A DNA stretch of 64,000 nt. Source: Clostridiales bacterium (lineage in GTDB: Bacteria > Bacillota > Clostridia > Oscillospirales > Oscillospiraceae). The notes under the pieces were generated by a model. The model saw nothing but the letters and a program-made list of their open reading frames with translations. It had not been told where the DNA came from and did no database searches. Below are positions 50,019-58,703 of this stretch, piece after piece. The position numbers and the translations under genes were made by a program. How positions within the stretch are numbered: the first letter of the stretch is position 1; the number at the start of each line of letters is the position of its first letter. The stretch is taken from positions 8,738-72,737 of the forward strand of contig DUPK01000063.1 of NCBI GenBank assembly GCA_012838345.1, written 5' to 3'.

Positions 50019-50662
50019 GGATGGAGTACTTCGTCCCCACTGGCTATGGAGAGGCCGAATTTATTGAAAAGCGCTCCCGCTTTATCGGGAGGGTCTGGCG
50101 GACCGATACCGAGGAGGAGGCCCTTAAGCGAATTGCGGAAACAAGGGAGAAGCACTGGGACGCAACGCACAACGTCTACGCCTATATCATAAAAGACGGC
50201 GGCGTGATGCGCTATTCGGACGACGGCGAGCCGCAGGGTACTTCCGGCATGCCGGTACTCGGCGTTTTCCGCTCCGCGGGGGTATTTAACGTCTGCTGCG
50301 TCGTCACAAGGTACTTCGGCGGCACTCTGCTTGGCGCGGGCGGGCTTGTGCGCGCATACTCCCACACGGCGGCGCTTGCGCTTGAGAGCGCCGGAATCTC
50401 CGTTATGCGGCGCTGGAGAGAGGTAATAATTTACTGCCCTTACAGCCTTTTTGAGCGCGTAAAAAACGAAATTGCGGCATTTGAGGGCGCCGCTACGCAT
50501 ATAGATTACGGGGCCGAGGTTACACTTAATGCGCTGCTGCCGGCTTCAAGAGTCGAGGGTTTTAACGCAAGGCTCATTGATATGTCTGCCGGCACTCTTG
50601 CTCCTGAAATAGGGAAAGAGTGCTACAGGGCGGTCAGCGTGAAAGAGGGAAGCAATGAGTAA
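50015..50662 (+). CDS. yigZ: YigZ family protein (IMPACT/UPF0029 N-terminal domain)
   Basis: Motifs KRSRFIG, H..YAY and DDGEP.GT.G.P.L, plus a C-terminal DUF1949-like part. It overlaps hflX by 4 nt. Confidence 0.85.
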   Translation: MRMEYFVPTGYGEAEFIEKRSRFIGRVWRTDTEEEALKRIAETREKHWDATHNVYAYIIKDGGVMRYSDDGEPQGTSGMPVLGVFRSAGVFNVCCVVTRYFGGTLLGAGGLVRAYSHTAALALESAGISVMRRWREVIIYCPYSLFERVKNEIAAFEGAATHIDYGAEVTLNALLPASRVEGFNARLIDMSAGTLAPEIGKECYRAVSVKEGSNE

Positions 50663-51182
50663 TATTTTTGTAGGCATGCTGCTTGTATTTCTGGATTTCA
50701 GTATAAATCTTGGCAGAATAAGAATAGGGCTGATACCTGATTTCATAGGCTATATAATCATGGTAAAAGGGCTTTCTGAGCTCTCTGACGAAAGTTATTA
50801 CTTCGTAAAGATAAAAGGTTTTGCAAAGGGCATGGCCGTTTATACGGGCATTTTGTACCTTTTTGATTTGCTTGGAGCGTCAAAAGATTTCGGCATCGGC
50901 TCATATCTGTTGGGGCTTGCCTCGACCGTCATTTCCCTTTATATATCCAACGGAGTTGTAAAGGGAGTTGAGGATATGGAGATTGTCCGCAATATTGAGC
51001 TGAACGCCGAGTCACTGTATTCGGCATGGAAGGTCAACGCCGGTTTTACTCTGGCTGCCTACGTGCTGATTATCATACCTTTTTTAAGCGTTATCTGCAT
51101 GCTTGTGTCTTTCGTTGCCGCCATAGTTTTTCTGGTGGCCTTCAACAGGTCGAAAAAGCTCTATTACGGAGCATGGTATTAG
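50655..51182 (+). CDS. Hypothetical integral membrane protein (about 5 TM)
   Basis: Hydrophobic segments throughout, with an 8-nt overlap with yigZ. It is visibly AT-richer than its neighbours. I recognise no family. Confidence 0.55.
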   Translation: MSNIFVGMLLVFLDFSINLGRIRIGLIPDFIGYIIMVKGLSELSDESYYFVKIKGFAKGMAVYTGILYLFDLLGASKDFGIGSYLLGLASTVISLYISNGVVKGVEDMEIVRNIELNAESLYSAWKVNAGFTLAAYVLIIIPFLSVICMLVSFVAAIVFLVAFNRSKKLYYGAWY

Positions 51183-51187
51183 ACAGA

Positions 51188-51217
51188 CAGGGCGTCCGGT
51201 ATGTTACGGACGCCCTG
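51188..51217. terminator. Hairpin terminator between convergent genes (50655-51182 and malic enzyme)
   Basis: cagggcgtccg-(8 nt)-cggacgccctg (11 bp, perfect) followed by attatttatt on the plus strand. Confidence 0.7.
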
Positions 51218-51242
51218 ATTATTTATTGTCAACAAATCAATT

Positions 51243-52415
51243 TTAACTAATCCTCGCAACTCCCGTGCGCCTTGCCGCCTCGGCGACCGCCTTTGCCACC
51301 GCGGGTGCGACCGCGGGGTCTAAAGCCGAGGGCAGGAGGTTCTGTGCGCTGAGCTCTTTCTCGACAAACGCTGCAAGTGCGCCCGCTGCCGCGAGCTTCA
51401 TCTCGTCGTTTATGTCCGAGGCCCGGACGTCCAGCGCGCCCCTGAAAATGCCGGGGAAGGCCAGGACGTTGTTAATCTGGTTCGGGAAGTCGCTGCGCCC
51501 CGTGCCGACGACCGCGGCTCCTGCTTTGCAGGCCTCGTCCGGCATTATCTCGGGAACCGGGTTTGCCATGGCAAAGACTATGGGCGAGGGGGCCATGGTG
51601 CGGACCATATCCTGCGTCACGGTCCCTGCCGAGGAGACTCCGATAAACACATCGGCTCCTTTTAAGGCGTCGGCAAGGGTGCCTTTCAGCTTTTCCCGGT
51701 TTGTGATTTTCGCAATCTCCGCCTTACCCGGGTTAAGGTCATGGCGGCCCTCGTATATTGCCCCTGTGCGGTCGCACATGATTGCGTTATTAAGGCCAGC
51801 CTTCTTCAGAAGCTTTACTATCGCGATACCGGCTGCTCCGGCGCCGCTGATTACAACCTTAATTTCCTCCATCTTTTTCCCGGTGAGCTTCAGCGCGTTT
51901 ATAAGCGCCGCGAGCACGACGACGGCGGTCCCGTGCTGGTCGTCGTGAAAGACGGGTATGTCGCAGCGCTCCTTAAGCCTTCGCTCTATTTCAAAGCATC
52001 GGGGTGCGCTTATGTCCTCGAGATTTATACCGCCGAAGCTCCCTGACAGGAGCGCCACGGTGTTTACTATCTCGTCGACATCCTTTGAGCGGAGGCAAAG
52101 CGGTATTGCGTCGACGCCGCCGAAGGTCTTAAAGAGCACGCACTTGCCCTCCATGACTGGCATGGCCGCCTCGGGGCCTATGTCGCCGAGACCGAGAACC
52201 GCGGTGCCGTCCGTAACTACGGCCACGAGATTGTGCCTGCCGGTGAGCTCGAAGCTCTTTGAGATGTCCTTTTGTATCTCAAGACAGGGGGCGGCGACGC
52301 CCGGGGTGTAGGCAAGCGACAGGTCCTCGCGGCTTAACAGGTTCATCTTGGGGAGGATTTCCTGCTTTCCCGCCCACTCATAGTGCATTTTAAGTGATTG
52401 AGCCATATAATCCAT
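51243..52415 (-). CDS. NAD(P)-dependent malic enzyme (short form, no PTA domain)
   Basis: Motifs YTPGVA, V.DGTAVLGLGDIG, GINLEDI..P.CF, FHDDQHGTA and ISGAGAAG. Length is 390 aa. Confidence 0.92.
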   Translation of the reverse strand: MDYMAQSLKMHYEWAGKQEILPKMNLLSREDLSLAYTPGVAAPCLEIQKDISKSFELTGRHNLVAVVTDGTAVLGLGDIGPEAAMPVMEGKCVLFKTFGGVDAIPLCLRSKDVDEIVNTVALLSGSFGGINLEDISAPRCFEIERRLKERCDIPVFHDDQHGTAVVVLAALINALKLTGKKMEEIKVVISGAGAAGIAIVKLLKKAGLNNAIMCDRTGAIYEGRHDLNPGKAEIAKITNREKLKGTLADALKGADVFIGVSSAGTVTQDMVRTMAPSPIVFAMANPVPEIMPDEACKAGAAVVGTGRSDFPNQINNVLAFPGIFRGALDVRASDINDEMKLAAAGALAAFVEKELSAQNLLPSALDPAVAPAVAKAVAEAARRTGVARIS

Positions 52416-52493
52416 TTTAATCGGTCCTTCCCGCAGGGGTTATCAATTACCCTACTGCCGTAGAGGACATTTTATAGTAAATTCCGGGATATT

Positions 52494-53627
52494 TCAAGAG
52501 GGAAAAGAGCCTGAAAAGCTCGTCAGCTCGGCCCCCGGATAATAATTTGCAAGGATTTCGTCGAATGTTGCCCCGTCCGCGGCCAGGATGTTGGCCCCGT
52601 ACTGGCTCATGCCCACGCCGTGCCCATAGCCCGCGACGGAGAACACAAAGCTTCCCCCGTCGTATTTAAAAGAAAAGGCGGTTGAGCGAAGCCCAAGCAA
52701 AAAGCGTAAATCGGAGCCTGATATATCCACGCCGCCGACCCTGAGGGATTTAACCCGCCCGCTCTCGGTGTAAAGCACACCCGAAATCCACAGATTGGGG
52801 TCGTCCACAAAATGCGCGTTCGGGAATCTCCCGAGTACGGTATTCTTAAAATCTTCCGCAGATATGCTAAGCGTCGATAATAGGTTTGAAACGCGCTCCG
52901 GAGTCTCCGGACTGTCGACGGGCACAAGATAGGGAAGGGGATTTTTCCAGACGTTTTCGCTCCCTTCGGTTTTGCCGGGGGATGAGGAATGAAATACTGC
53001 CAGTATCGGCTCTCCCGCCCAGGTCAAGTACAGTCCATCCGTAGCCTCGACGGCAGAGCGGATTTTCTCTATGTACTTGTCGTAATCCCCTCCCCATTTT
53101 GCCTTCAGCTCCGAAGGCCCCAGATAGGCGCTGCAGCAGGCATAATTGTCGCAGATGTCGTATCCCTGATGAAAGTGGGACTTCTTTGAAATCTTGTGAA
53201 GCGCGTAGGTGCGCGCCGCGACCGCCTGGGCCTTCAGCGCTTCGACATTGAAGGAGGCCGGCATTTCCGCTGCCACAACCCCTGTCAGGTAATCATTTAT
53301 GGAGATGTCCACCGCTTCTCCTCCGCGGCCCAGCCTGATAACGGCGCCGTCTCCGGTTTGCGGCGCTTCAGTTTCAGGTGCAGACGTGAGAACGGGGGCA
53401 GGCGGAGCAGCAGGGGTGTGGACAGGCGGAGCGGTAGCAGACGGGGTGGGAACAGACGGAGTAGAAGTAGACGGAGCGGGGGTAAACACGGGAGGAGCAG
53501 ACGTGGCGGGAGCGGAGGGCGTGGGGACAGAGGGAGCGGGAGCCTCCAAAGCCGGCGCTACAAATATTAAAGGGATGTAGAGGACCAGCGCAATCAATAT
53601 AATTGAAACTATCAAGACAGCTTTCAT
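52494..53627 (-). CDS. spoIID: Stage II sporulation protein D (SpoIID/LytB domain) with a Pro/Ser/Thr-rich linker
   Basis: Motifs YL.GVVAAEMP.......ALKAQAVAARTYAL, CD...CQ-like (CDNYACCSAY), GHGVGMSQYGA. The ATG at 53627 (MKAVLIV...) has a GGAG at good spacing. The track start at 53657 is a TTG with no RBS. Confidence 0.9.
   Translation of the reverse strand: MKAVLIVSIILIALVLYIPLIFVAPALEAPAPSVPTPSAPATSAPPVFTPAPSTSTPSVPTPSATAPPVHTPAAPPAPVLTSAPETEAPQTGDGAVIRLGRGGEAVDISINDYLTGVVAAEMPASFNVEALKAQAVAARTYALHKISKKSHFHQGYDICDNYACCSAYLGPSELKAKWGGDYDKYIEKIRSAVEATDGLYLTWAGEPILAVFHSSSPGKTEGSENVWKNPLPYLVPVDSPETPERVSNLLSTLSISAEDFKNTVLGRFPNAHFVDDPNLWISGVLYTESGRVKSLRVGGVDISGSDLRFLLGLRSTAFSFKYDGGSFVFSVAGYGHGVGMSQYGANILAADGATFDEILANYYPGAELTSFSGSFPS
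53385..53545 (-). repeat. Coding low-complexity (PS/PT/AP) region of spoIID
   Basis: Encodes APAPSVPTPSAPATSAPPVFTPAPSTSTPSVPTPSATAPPVHTPAAPPAPV. The DNA contains imperfect repeats of ggagc/gacgg units. Confidence 0.7.
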
Positions 53628-53753
53628 CAAATACTCCATTCTCTCCGTAAAAGTCAAGACAGTTGACGGAGCTTCGGTTCTGGTGTAAAATGGGTCGGAT
53701 ACCCCTATACAGCTTATGCATCTATATTATACTTATGCCTTGGTCTGAAAGGG

Positions 53754-54620
53754 ATGGTAAATATTAGCCGTCAGAGTAGAACATACGCGATTATTACCGC
53801 GGCTTTGGGCCTTATAGGCGCCTTGCTTAGGACGATTGAGCTTAACACGGTTTTTGAGCCGGAAACCGGGCTTGCCTTGAGATGGCAGCCGATTACTATT
53901 TCGCTTGCACTTCTTTCGGCGGCGGCCATCGTTTTTTTTGTTATTCTTTCGGGCAGGCTGAAAAACCTGGAGAGCCCTCCTACTTACTGCTCAGCTCTCG
54001 AGAACAAAAGCTCGCTTGCGCTTGTTGTATCGACTCTGGCCGCCCTGGGCTTTGCCATAGGCTCCGTATTATATTATAAAGACAGGGTGGGCGAAGTGAC
54101 TGCCCTTATACTTATGCTCTGCGGCTTTATTACGGCACTGTCGGCCTTTATGCTCGCCCGCAACGTGTATTTTGGAAAAGAACACCCGGGAAACGCCGTA
54201 TTCAGCACTATTATTGTAATCTTCGTCTGCCTTTGGATGGTGCTTGAGTATAGAATGCGCGCGGCGGACCCCGTCGTGCTCAGGTATGTCTATGACTTTC
54301 TGGCGCTCTGCGCGGCGTCCGTAGCCTTTTATTATAAGGCTGGCTTTGCCTTCGACAGGCCGAGGCCCTCGCGCACGGTCCTCTTTTCGATGATTGCCTG
54401 CTACTTCTGCCTTGTGGCCATGCCCGGGGCGAGCGGAAACGCCCAGCCAATCTTTTTCTACTGTCTTGCCCTGTTGCTTTTCGCGGACTTGCCCGCAGTA
54501 ATCGGGAATCTGAAAGAAAAAGGTGAAAATGAGGAGATAGAGGAGCAGGACGAGCAGGAGCAAGAAGAGCAAGAAGAACAAGAAGAACAAGAGGAGCCGG
54601 AGGACGAATCCTCGCTTTAG
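53754..54620 (+). CDS. Hypothetical polytopic membrane protein with an acidic (E/Q/D) C-terminal tail
   Basis: About 7 hydrophobic segments, then KEKGENEEIEEQDEQEQEEQEEQEEQEEPEDESSL. I recognise no family. It is divergent from spoIID. Confidence 0.55.
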   Translation: MVNISRQSRTYAIITAALGLIGALLRTIELNTVFEPETGLALRWQPITISLALLSAAAIVFFVILSGRLKNLESPPTYCSALENKSSLALVVSTLAALGFAIGSVLYYKDRVGEVTALILMLCGFITALSAFMLARNVYFGKEHPGNAVFSTIIVIFVCLWMVLEYRMRAADPVVLRYVYDFLALCAASVAFYYKAGFAFDRPRPSRTVLFSMIACYFCLVAMPGASGNAQPIFFYCLALLLFADLPAVIGNLKEKGENEEIEEQDEQEQEEQEEQEEQEEPEDESSL

Positions 54621-54662
54621 GTTCCAGACTTATTGAGCGGTTTAATAAATGAAATATTTAAA

Positions 54663-54696
54663 CACGAAGCCCCGTCCTTTCGGACGGGGCTTCGTG
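54663..54696. terminator. Perfect 15-bp hairpin, bidirectional terminator between convergent genes
   Basis: cacgaagccccgtcc-tttc-ggacggggcttcgtg. On the minus strand it is followed by tttaaatattt, which makes it the terminator for the TCS-htrA unit. Confidence 0.75.
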
Positions 54697-54756
54697 CAGT
54701 AAAAGAGAGGAGTTCTGTACATAGGTACTATGTGGAAGAGCTTCCGCTCCGGTTAG

Positions 54757-56169
54757 CTACTTAAGTTTTGCTTTGTCCTCCAGAACGACATCCACCGTGA
54801 AGTAATTGCCGTTTCTGTAAATCTTCAAGCTCACCGTATCGCCGGCGGTGAACGAGTTGATGATTTCGGTTAGCTCCGAGGAGGACTTAACCGTCAAATC
54901 GTTAACGGCGCAGATGATGTCTCCGCGCTGTATCCCCTTGTTATAGGCGTCGGAGTCGGTGTGGACCGCGCTGACGTAAACGCCCTTGGGAAGTCCGTAA
55001 TAGATTGCGGCCGATATGGTTATATCCGACTGTATGATGCCCAGCGCAGGCCTTCCCGCGACATAGCCGTTTTTGAGCAGCTCGTCGACTATCGCCTTGG
55101 CGACGTTTGTGGGGATTGCAAAGCCTATGCCCTCTATAGTCGAGTAGTGGGAGACCATCTTCATGTTGGTAATTCCTATTACCTGGCCGTACATATTGAT
55201 AAGGGGGCCGCCGGAGTTGCCTTCGTTTATCGCGGCGTTTGTCTGCAGAAGGGTCATCGTGTAGCCGTTATAGCTTATGTTGCGGTTAATTGCGGAGATT
55301 ATTCCGTTTGTCATCGTAAGGGACTGGTTGACGGGGTTTCCGATGGCGACCACCGTGTCGCCCACCTCGACGAGCTGCGAGTCGCCGAATTCCGCCGGGG
55401 TAAGGCCGCTTGCGTCTATTTTGAGCACGGCAAGGTCGCTCTGCTCGTCTCCGCCGACCATCACGGCAAAATACTGATCCCCGTTTTCGAGGGTAATGGT
55501 GATTGCAATGCTGTCTTTAATCACGTGGTGGTTTGTCACAATGTACCCGCTGCTTGAGATTATGATTCCGGTGCCCAGCGAGCTGCCGCCCTGAAGCTCG
55601 GAAGTAATAGAAACTATCGAAGGAGCGCATTTCTTGTATATTTCCTGGAAGCTGAGCATATCCCCGGTCTCGGGAGGCTTGTTCATTGAAAGTACGGTGC
55701 CGTCCCAGCTTACGCCGGAGGGCAGCCCGGGAACCGGTGCCGTCGGAGTAGGTGTCTGTGTCAGAGGGAGGGGCGCCGTGACGCTGGCGCTCTCCTCTGG
55801 CCGTGGGATAAGTGAGATTTTTATGTTACCGTCTCCGGATGAGAACTGGAAGTCGTAATGTGTGAAAAGGTAGGTTATGAAGGAAGAAACAACTATTAGG
55901 GCAAGTGAGGTAAGGGCCATCGCTATAAACTTAGCCAGGCCAAGCTTTTTTTTCTTGCGAGGCTCGTCATCACGGACATAGTTCTGGGGGAGAGCCGAAG
56001 GGACCTGGGGGGAAAACGGTTTATATTCGCGTTCGACCGGGGATGTATAGGCCGAATAGCCGAAGGAACCGACCCCTTCACGCTCCGGTGTGAAGTCGGA
56101 GGGTCTTTCGCTTCTATCTACGGTCCTTTTCAAACGGAATTTTCTTTTCTTGTTGCCGTCTTCCAACAT
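54757..56169 (-). CDS. htrA: HtrA/DegP-family serine protease (membrane-anchored, trypsin-like plus PDZ)
   Basis: TM anchor, catalytic motifs TNHHV, D.AVLK and GNSGGPL, and a C-terminal PDZ domain (GV.V......S.A...G...GD.I...N). The ATG at 56169 follows GGAGGAG. Confidence 0.9.
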   Translation of the reverse strand: MLEDGNKKRKFRLKRTVDRSERPSDFTPEREGVGSFGYSAYTSPVEREYKPFSPQVPSALPQNYVRDDEPRKKKKLGLAKFIAMALTSLALIVVSSFITYLFTHYDFQFSSGDGNIKISLIPRPEESASVTAPLPLTQTPTPTAPVPGLPSGVSWDGTVLSMNKPPETGDMLSFQEIYKKCAPSIVSITSELQGGSSLGTGIIISSSGYIVTNHHVIKDSIAITITLENGDQYFAVMVGGDEQSDLAVLKIDASGLTPAEFGDSQLVEVGDTVVAIGNPVNQSLTMTNGIISAINRNISYNGYTMTLLQTNAAINEGNSGGPLINMYGQVIGITNMKMVSHYSTIEGIGFAIPTNVAKAIVDELLKNGYVAGRPALGIIQSDITISAAIYYGLPKGVYVSAVHTDSDAYNKGIQRGDIICAVNDLTVKSSSELTEIINSFTAGDTVSLKIYRNGNYFTVDVVLEDKAKLK

Positions 56170-56268
56170 ATTTGTCTCCTCCAAAGACTGATTGCAGTAT
56201 AGAATGCTAATGTGGAGCAATTATGAATAGGCTGTAAAAATATTGTAAACGCACAGCCGCGCTAAAAT

Positions 56269-57690
56269 TCACGATTTTAGCGTCAGGGTAAAAACAAATT
56301 CCGTTACTCCCTCTGAGCTCGTCACATACACGTTTTCCTTGTGGTTGTCTATAATGGCTTTCACGATGTAAAGCCCAAGGCCGACCCCCTCCTTGTCCAG
56401 CCCGCGGCTGCGGTCTGTTTTGTGGAAGCGGTTGAATATGAGAGGAAGCTCGGACTGCGGTATAGTCTCTCCGGTGTTCTTAACGGAGATATATGCCTTG
56501 TCGTTTTGCTTCCAGACGCTGAGCGTCACCACCGCGCCCTCGGGCGAGAACTTAACGGCGTTGTCGAGCAGGTTATAGACAACCTGGGTGATGGAGTCCG
56601 GGTCTCCGACTACCATTATGCTCTCCTCTGGTATCTGAAGGTCGGGTGATAGGTTCTTTGCCTTCAGTTTCCCGTCAAGCCCCAGCACAACCCTGCGGAG
56701 CAGCTCGGTGATGTCGAAGGTGTTCGTGATATGGGAAGGGTCTATGGACTGGATTCGGGACAGCTCGAGCATCCTGCGCACAAGGCGTGAGAGCCTCTTT
56801 GTCTCCGAGGAGATGATTTCAAGGTAGGTGCTCTGCTTTTCGGGCGGGATGGTCCCGTCGATAATGCCGTCGGCAAAGCCGGCTATGCTCGTCATGGGAG
56901 TTTTAAGTTCGTGCGATATGTTGGCGATAAACTCGCTGCGTAGCTTTTCGGCTCTTTCGAGCGACTCGGCCATGGAGTTGAACGCGGCGGCAAGCTCGGC
57001 TATTTCGTCCCTGCGCCTTGTCTGCCTGACGCGGACGGAGAAATCGCCCCTTGCAAAGCGCTTTGCGGCGGCGGCCATCTCCTTGAGCGGGGCAACCTGC
57101 CTACCGGTCGTGATGAGCGAAAACACCAGCGAGAGGATGAGCACGAAGCAGGAGGCAAAGAAGAATATAACTGCGAAGGAGCGCCATATCTGTATCATCG
57201 TCGAAGACTCTACCGATATAAGTATATATCCCCCCTGGGCGTCGTAATAGGGGTCGTAGACGGTCGTGCAGTGGTAATAGCGCGGGGTGTTGAACAAGCC
57301 CTCAAGCAGCCCCGTGTCTGTCACCGCCCCGTCCCATTTTACGGTGTTAATTAGGTTCTCCGGGAGCTTTGCCCCTATGTGCTGGCAGGTGCCGTAGGTA
57401 TCAGAACAGGAGACGATGTTTCCGTAGTTGTCGCTGAGGATTATATGTATGTTCGACGCTGCCGCTATCGCGGAAATCGTCATGCGCAAATCCCAGTCGT
57501 CCAGCTCCACTTCGGTGAGCTTGGCAGAAACGGTGGCCTCTATGACGCCCGCTGTCATGCGCAGGGACTCCCGCTTGTCGGAGACTATAAAGCTATAGCT
57601 GACGGCCATAAAGGAGGTCCCGAGAATGAGGAAGCTCAGAAGGACCATGCCGACCGTCAGCATAAAGTTTTTCAGATAAATACTTTTCAT
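56269..57690 (-). CDS. Sensor histidine kinase (2 TM, HAMP, HisKA, HATPase_c)
   Basis: H-box FIANISHELKTPMTSI, N-box LLDNAVKFSP, and G-boxes GLGLYIVK. HAMP lies after TM2. Confidence 0.9.
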   Translation of the reverse strand: MKSIYLKNFMLTVGMVLLSFLILGTSFMAVSYSFIVSDKRESLRMTAGVIEATVSAKLTEVELDDWDLRMTISAIAAASNIHIILSDNYGNIVSCSDTYGTCQHIGAKLPENLINTVKWDGAVTDTGLLEGLFNTPRYYHCTTVYDPYYDAQGGYILISVESSTMIQIWRSFAVIFFFASCFVLILSLVFSLITTGRQVAPLKEMAAAAKRFARGDFSVRVRQTRRRDEIAELAAAFNSMAESLERAEKLRSEFIANISHELKTPMTSIAGFADGIIDGTIPPEKQSTYLEIISSETKRLSRLVRRMLELSRIQSIDPSHITNTFDITELLRRVVLGLDGKLKAKNLSPDLQIPEESIMVVGDPDSITQVVYNLLDNAVKFSPEGAVVTLSVWKQNDKAYISVKNTGETIPQSELPLIFNRFHKTDRSRGLDKEGVGLGLYIVKAIIDNHKENVYVTSSEGVTEFVFTLTLKS

Positions 57691-57714
57691 GCCGGGGAAG
57701 GGCCCCCTTATAAA

Positions 57715-58398
57715 TTACTCTTTAAGCTCAAACTTGTAGCCGACACCCCAGACTGTGGTCAGAGCCCAGCGGTCGCTGACGTTCTCAAGTTTTTCGCGAA
57801 GACGCTTTATATGCACGTCGACCGTGCGCGAATCGCCGAAGTAGTCGAAGCCCCACACCTCGTCGAGAAGCTGGTTTCGCGTATATACCCTGTTGGGCGA
57901 GGAGGCCAGATGGAACAAAAGCTCAAGCTCCTTGGGCGGAGTGTCCACCTTTTTGCCGTCCACGATTAGCTCGTATGACTCCATGTTGATAACGAGCTTG
58001 TCGAAATTGAGCTTTTTGCTCTTTGTCTCCTCGGGCTCGTAGCGGCGCAAAACCGCGTGGACGCGGGCCATGAGCTCTTTTATCTCAAAGGGTTTTGTTA
58101 TGTAGTCGTCGGCGCCCATCTCAAGGCCCGAAATCTTGTCGTTGGTCTCGCCTCTGGCGGTGAGCATGATAACCGGCACCTTCGAGGTCTTGCGGATTTC
58201 CCGGCAAACTGCCCAGCCGTCCATGACCGGCAGCATTATGTCCAGAAGTATGAGGTCCGGCTCGAAGCTCTGCGCCATCGACACGCCGGCCCCGCCGTCG
58301 GGTGCTATTGATATTGTAAAGCCGTCTTTTTCAAGATACAGGCGAAGAAGCTCCGCAATATTTGCGTCATCCTCGATTATAAGGACCTTTTTTGACAT
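57715..58398 (-). CDS. OmpR-family response regulator
   Basis: Receiver domain (KVLIIEDD, DLILLDIMLP, LTA), then a winged-helix domain (LT..E..LL..L......V.TR..L...VWG). Confidence 0.93.
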   Translation of the reverse strand: MSKKVLIIEDDANIAELLRLYLEKDGFTISIAPDGGAGVSMAQSFEPDLILLDIMLPVMDGWAVCREIRKTSKVPVIMLTARGETNDKISGLEMGADDYITKPFEIKELMARVHAVLRRYEPEETKSKKLNFDKLVINMESYELIVDGKKVDTPPKELELLFHLASSPNRVYTRNQLLDEVWGFDYFGDSRTVDVHIKRLREKLENVSDRWALTTVWGVGYKFELKE

Positions 58399-58443
58399 AA
58401 ATACACCTCATTGTGAGATTATGTGAAATTTCCCTCTCAACTC

Positions 58444-58471
58444 ATTATAATAAATAAGTAAGGGGAGTCAA
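58444..58471 (-). promoter_or_regulatory. Candidate sigma-A promoter of the response regulator-kinase-htrA unit
   Basis: On the minus strand: TTGACT (58471-58466), a 16-nt spacer, then TATAAT (58449-58444). It lies about 45 nt upstream of the response regulator ATG. Confidence 0.55.
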
Positions 58472-58649
58472 TAGTGAATAAATTGTTAATTGTACCCGAC
58501 AGGGGACTAATTTCCAAGCGCTTATTTGTGAATATTTGGGGTAAGAGCCCGGTGCTTGACTGATTATTTCGCCGGAGACCAGGCTGTGGGCAAAAGCGCG
58601 GGGCGGGTTTTCCCCTCGCCCGGAGAACGACGATTGCAAATATATGCGA

Positions 58650-58682
58650 AAGCCGAAGGGCGCATGTGCGGCCCTTCGGCTT
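58650..58682 (-). terminator. Terminator-like hairpin downstream of the GntR-ABC operon
   Basis: aagccgaaggg-(11 nt)-cccttcggctt (11 bp, perfect), 22 nt past the stop of the permease gene. The T-run on the minus strand is weak. Confidence 0.5.
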
Positions 58683-58703
58683 AAATAATATGCTTTTGTC
58701 TGC

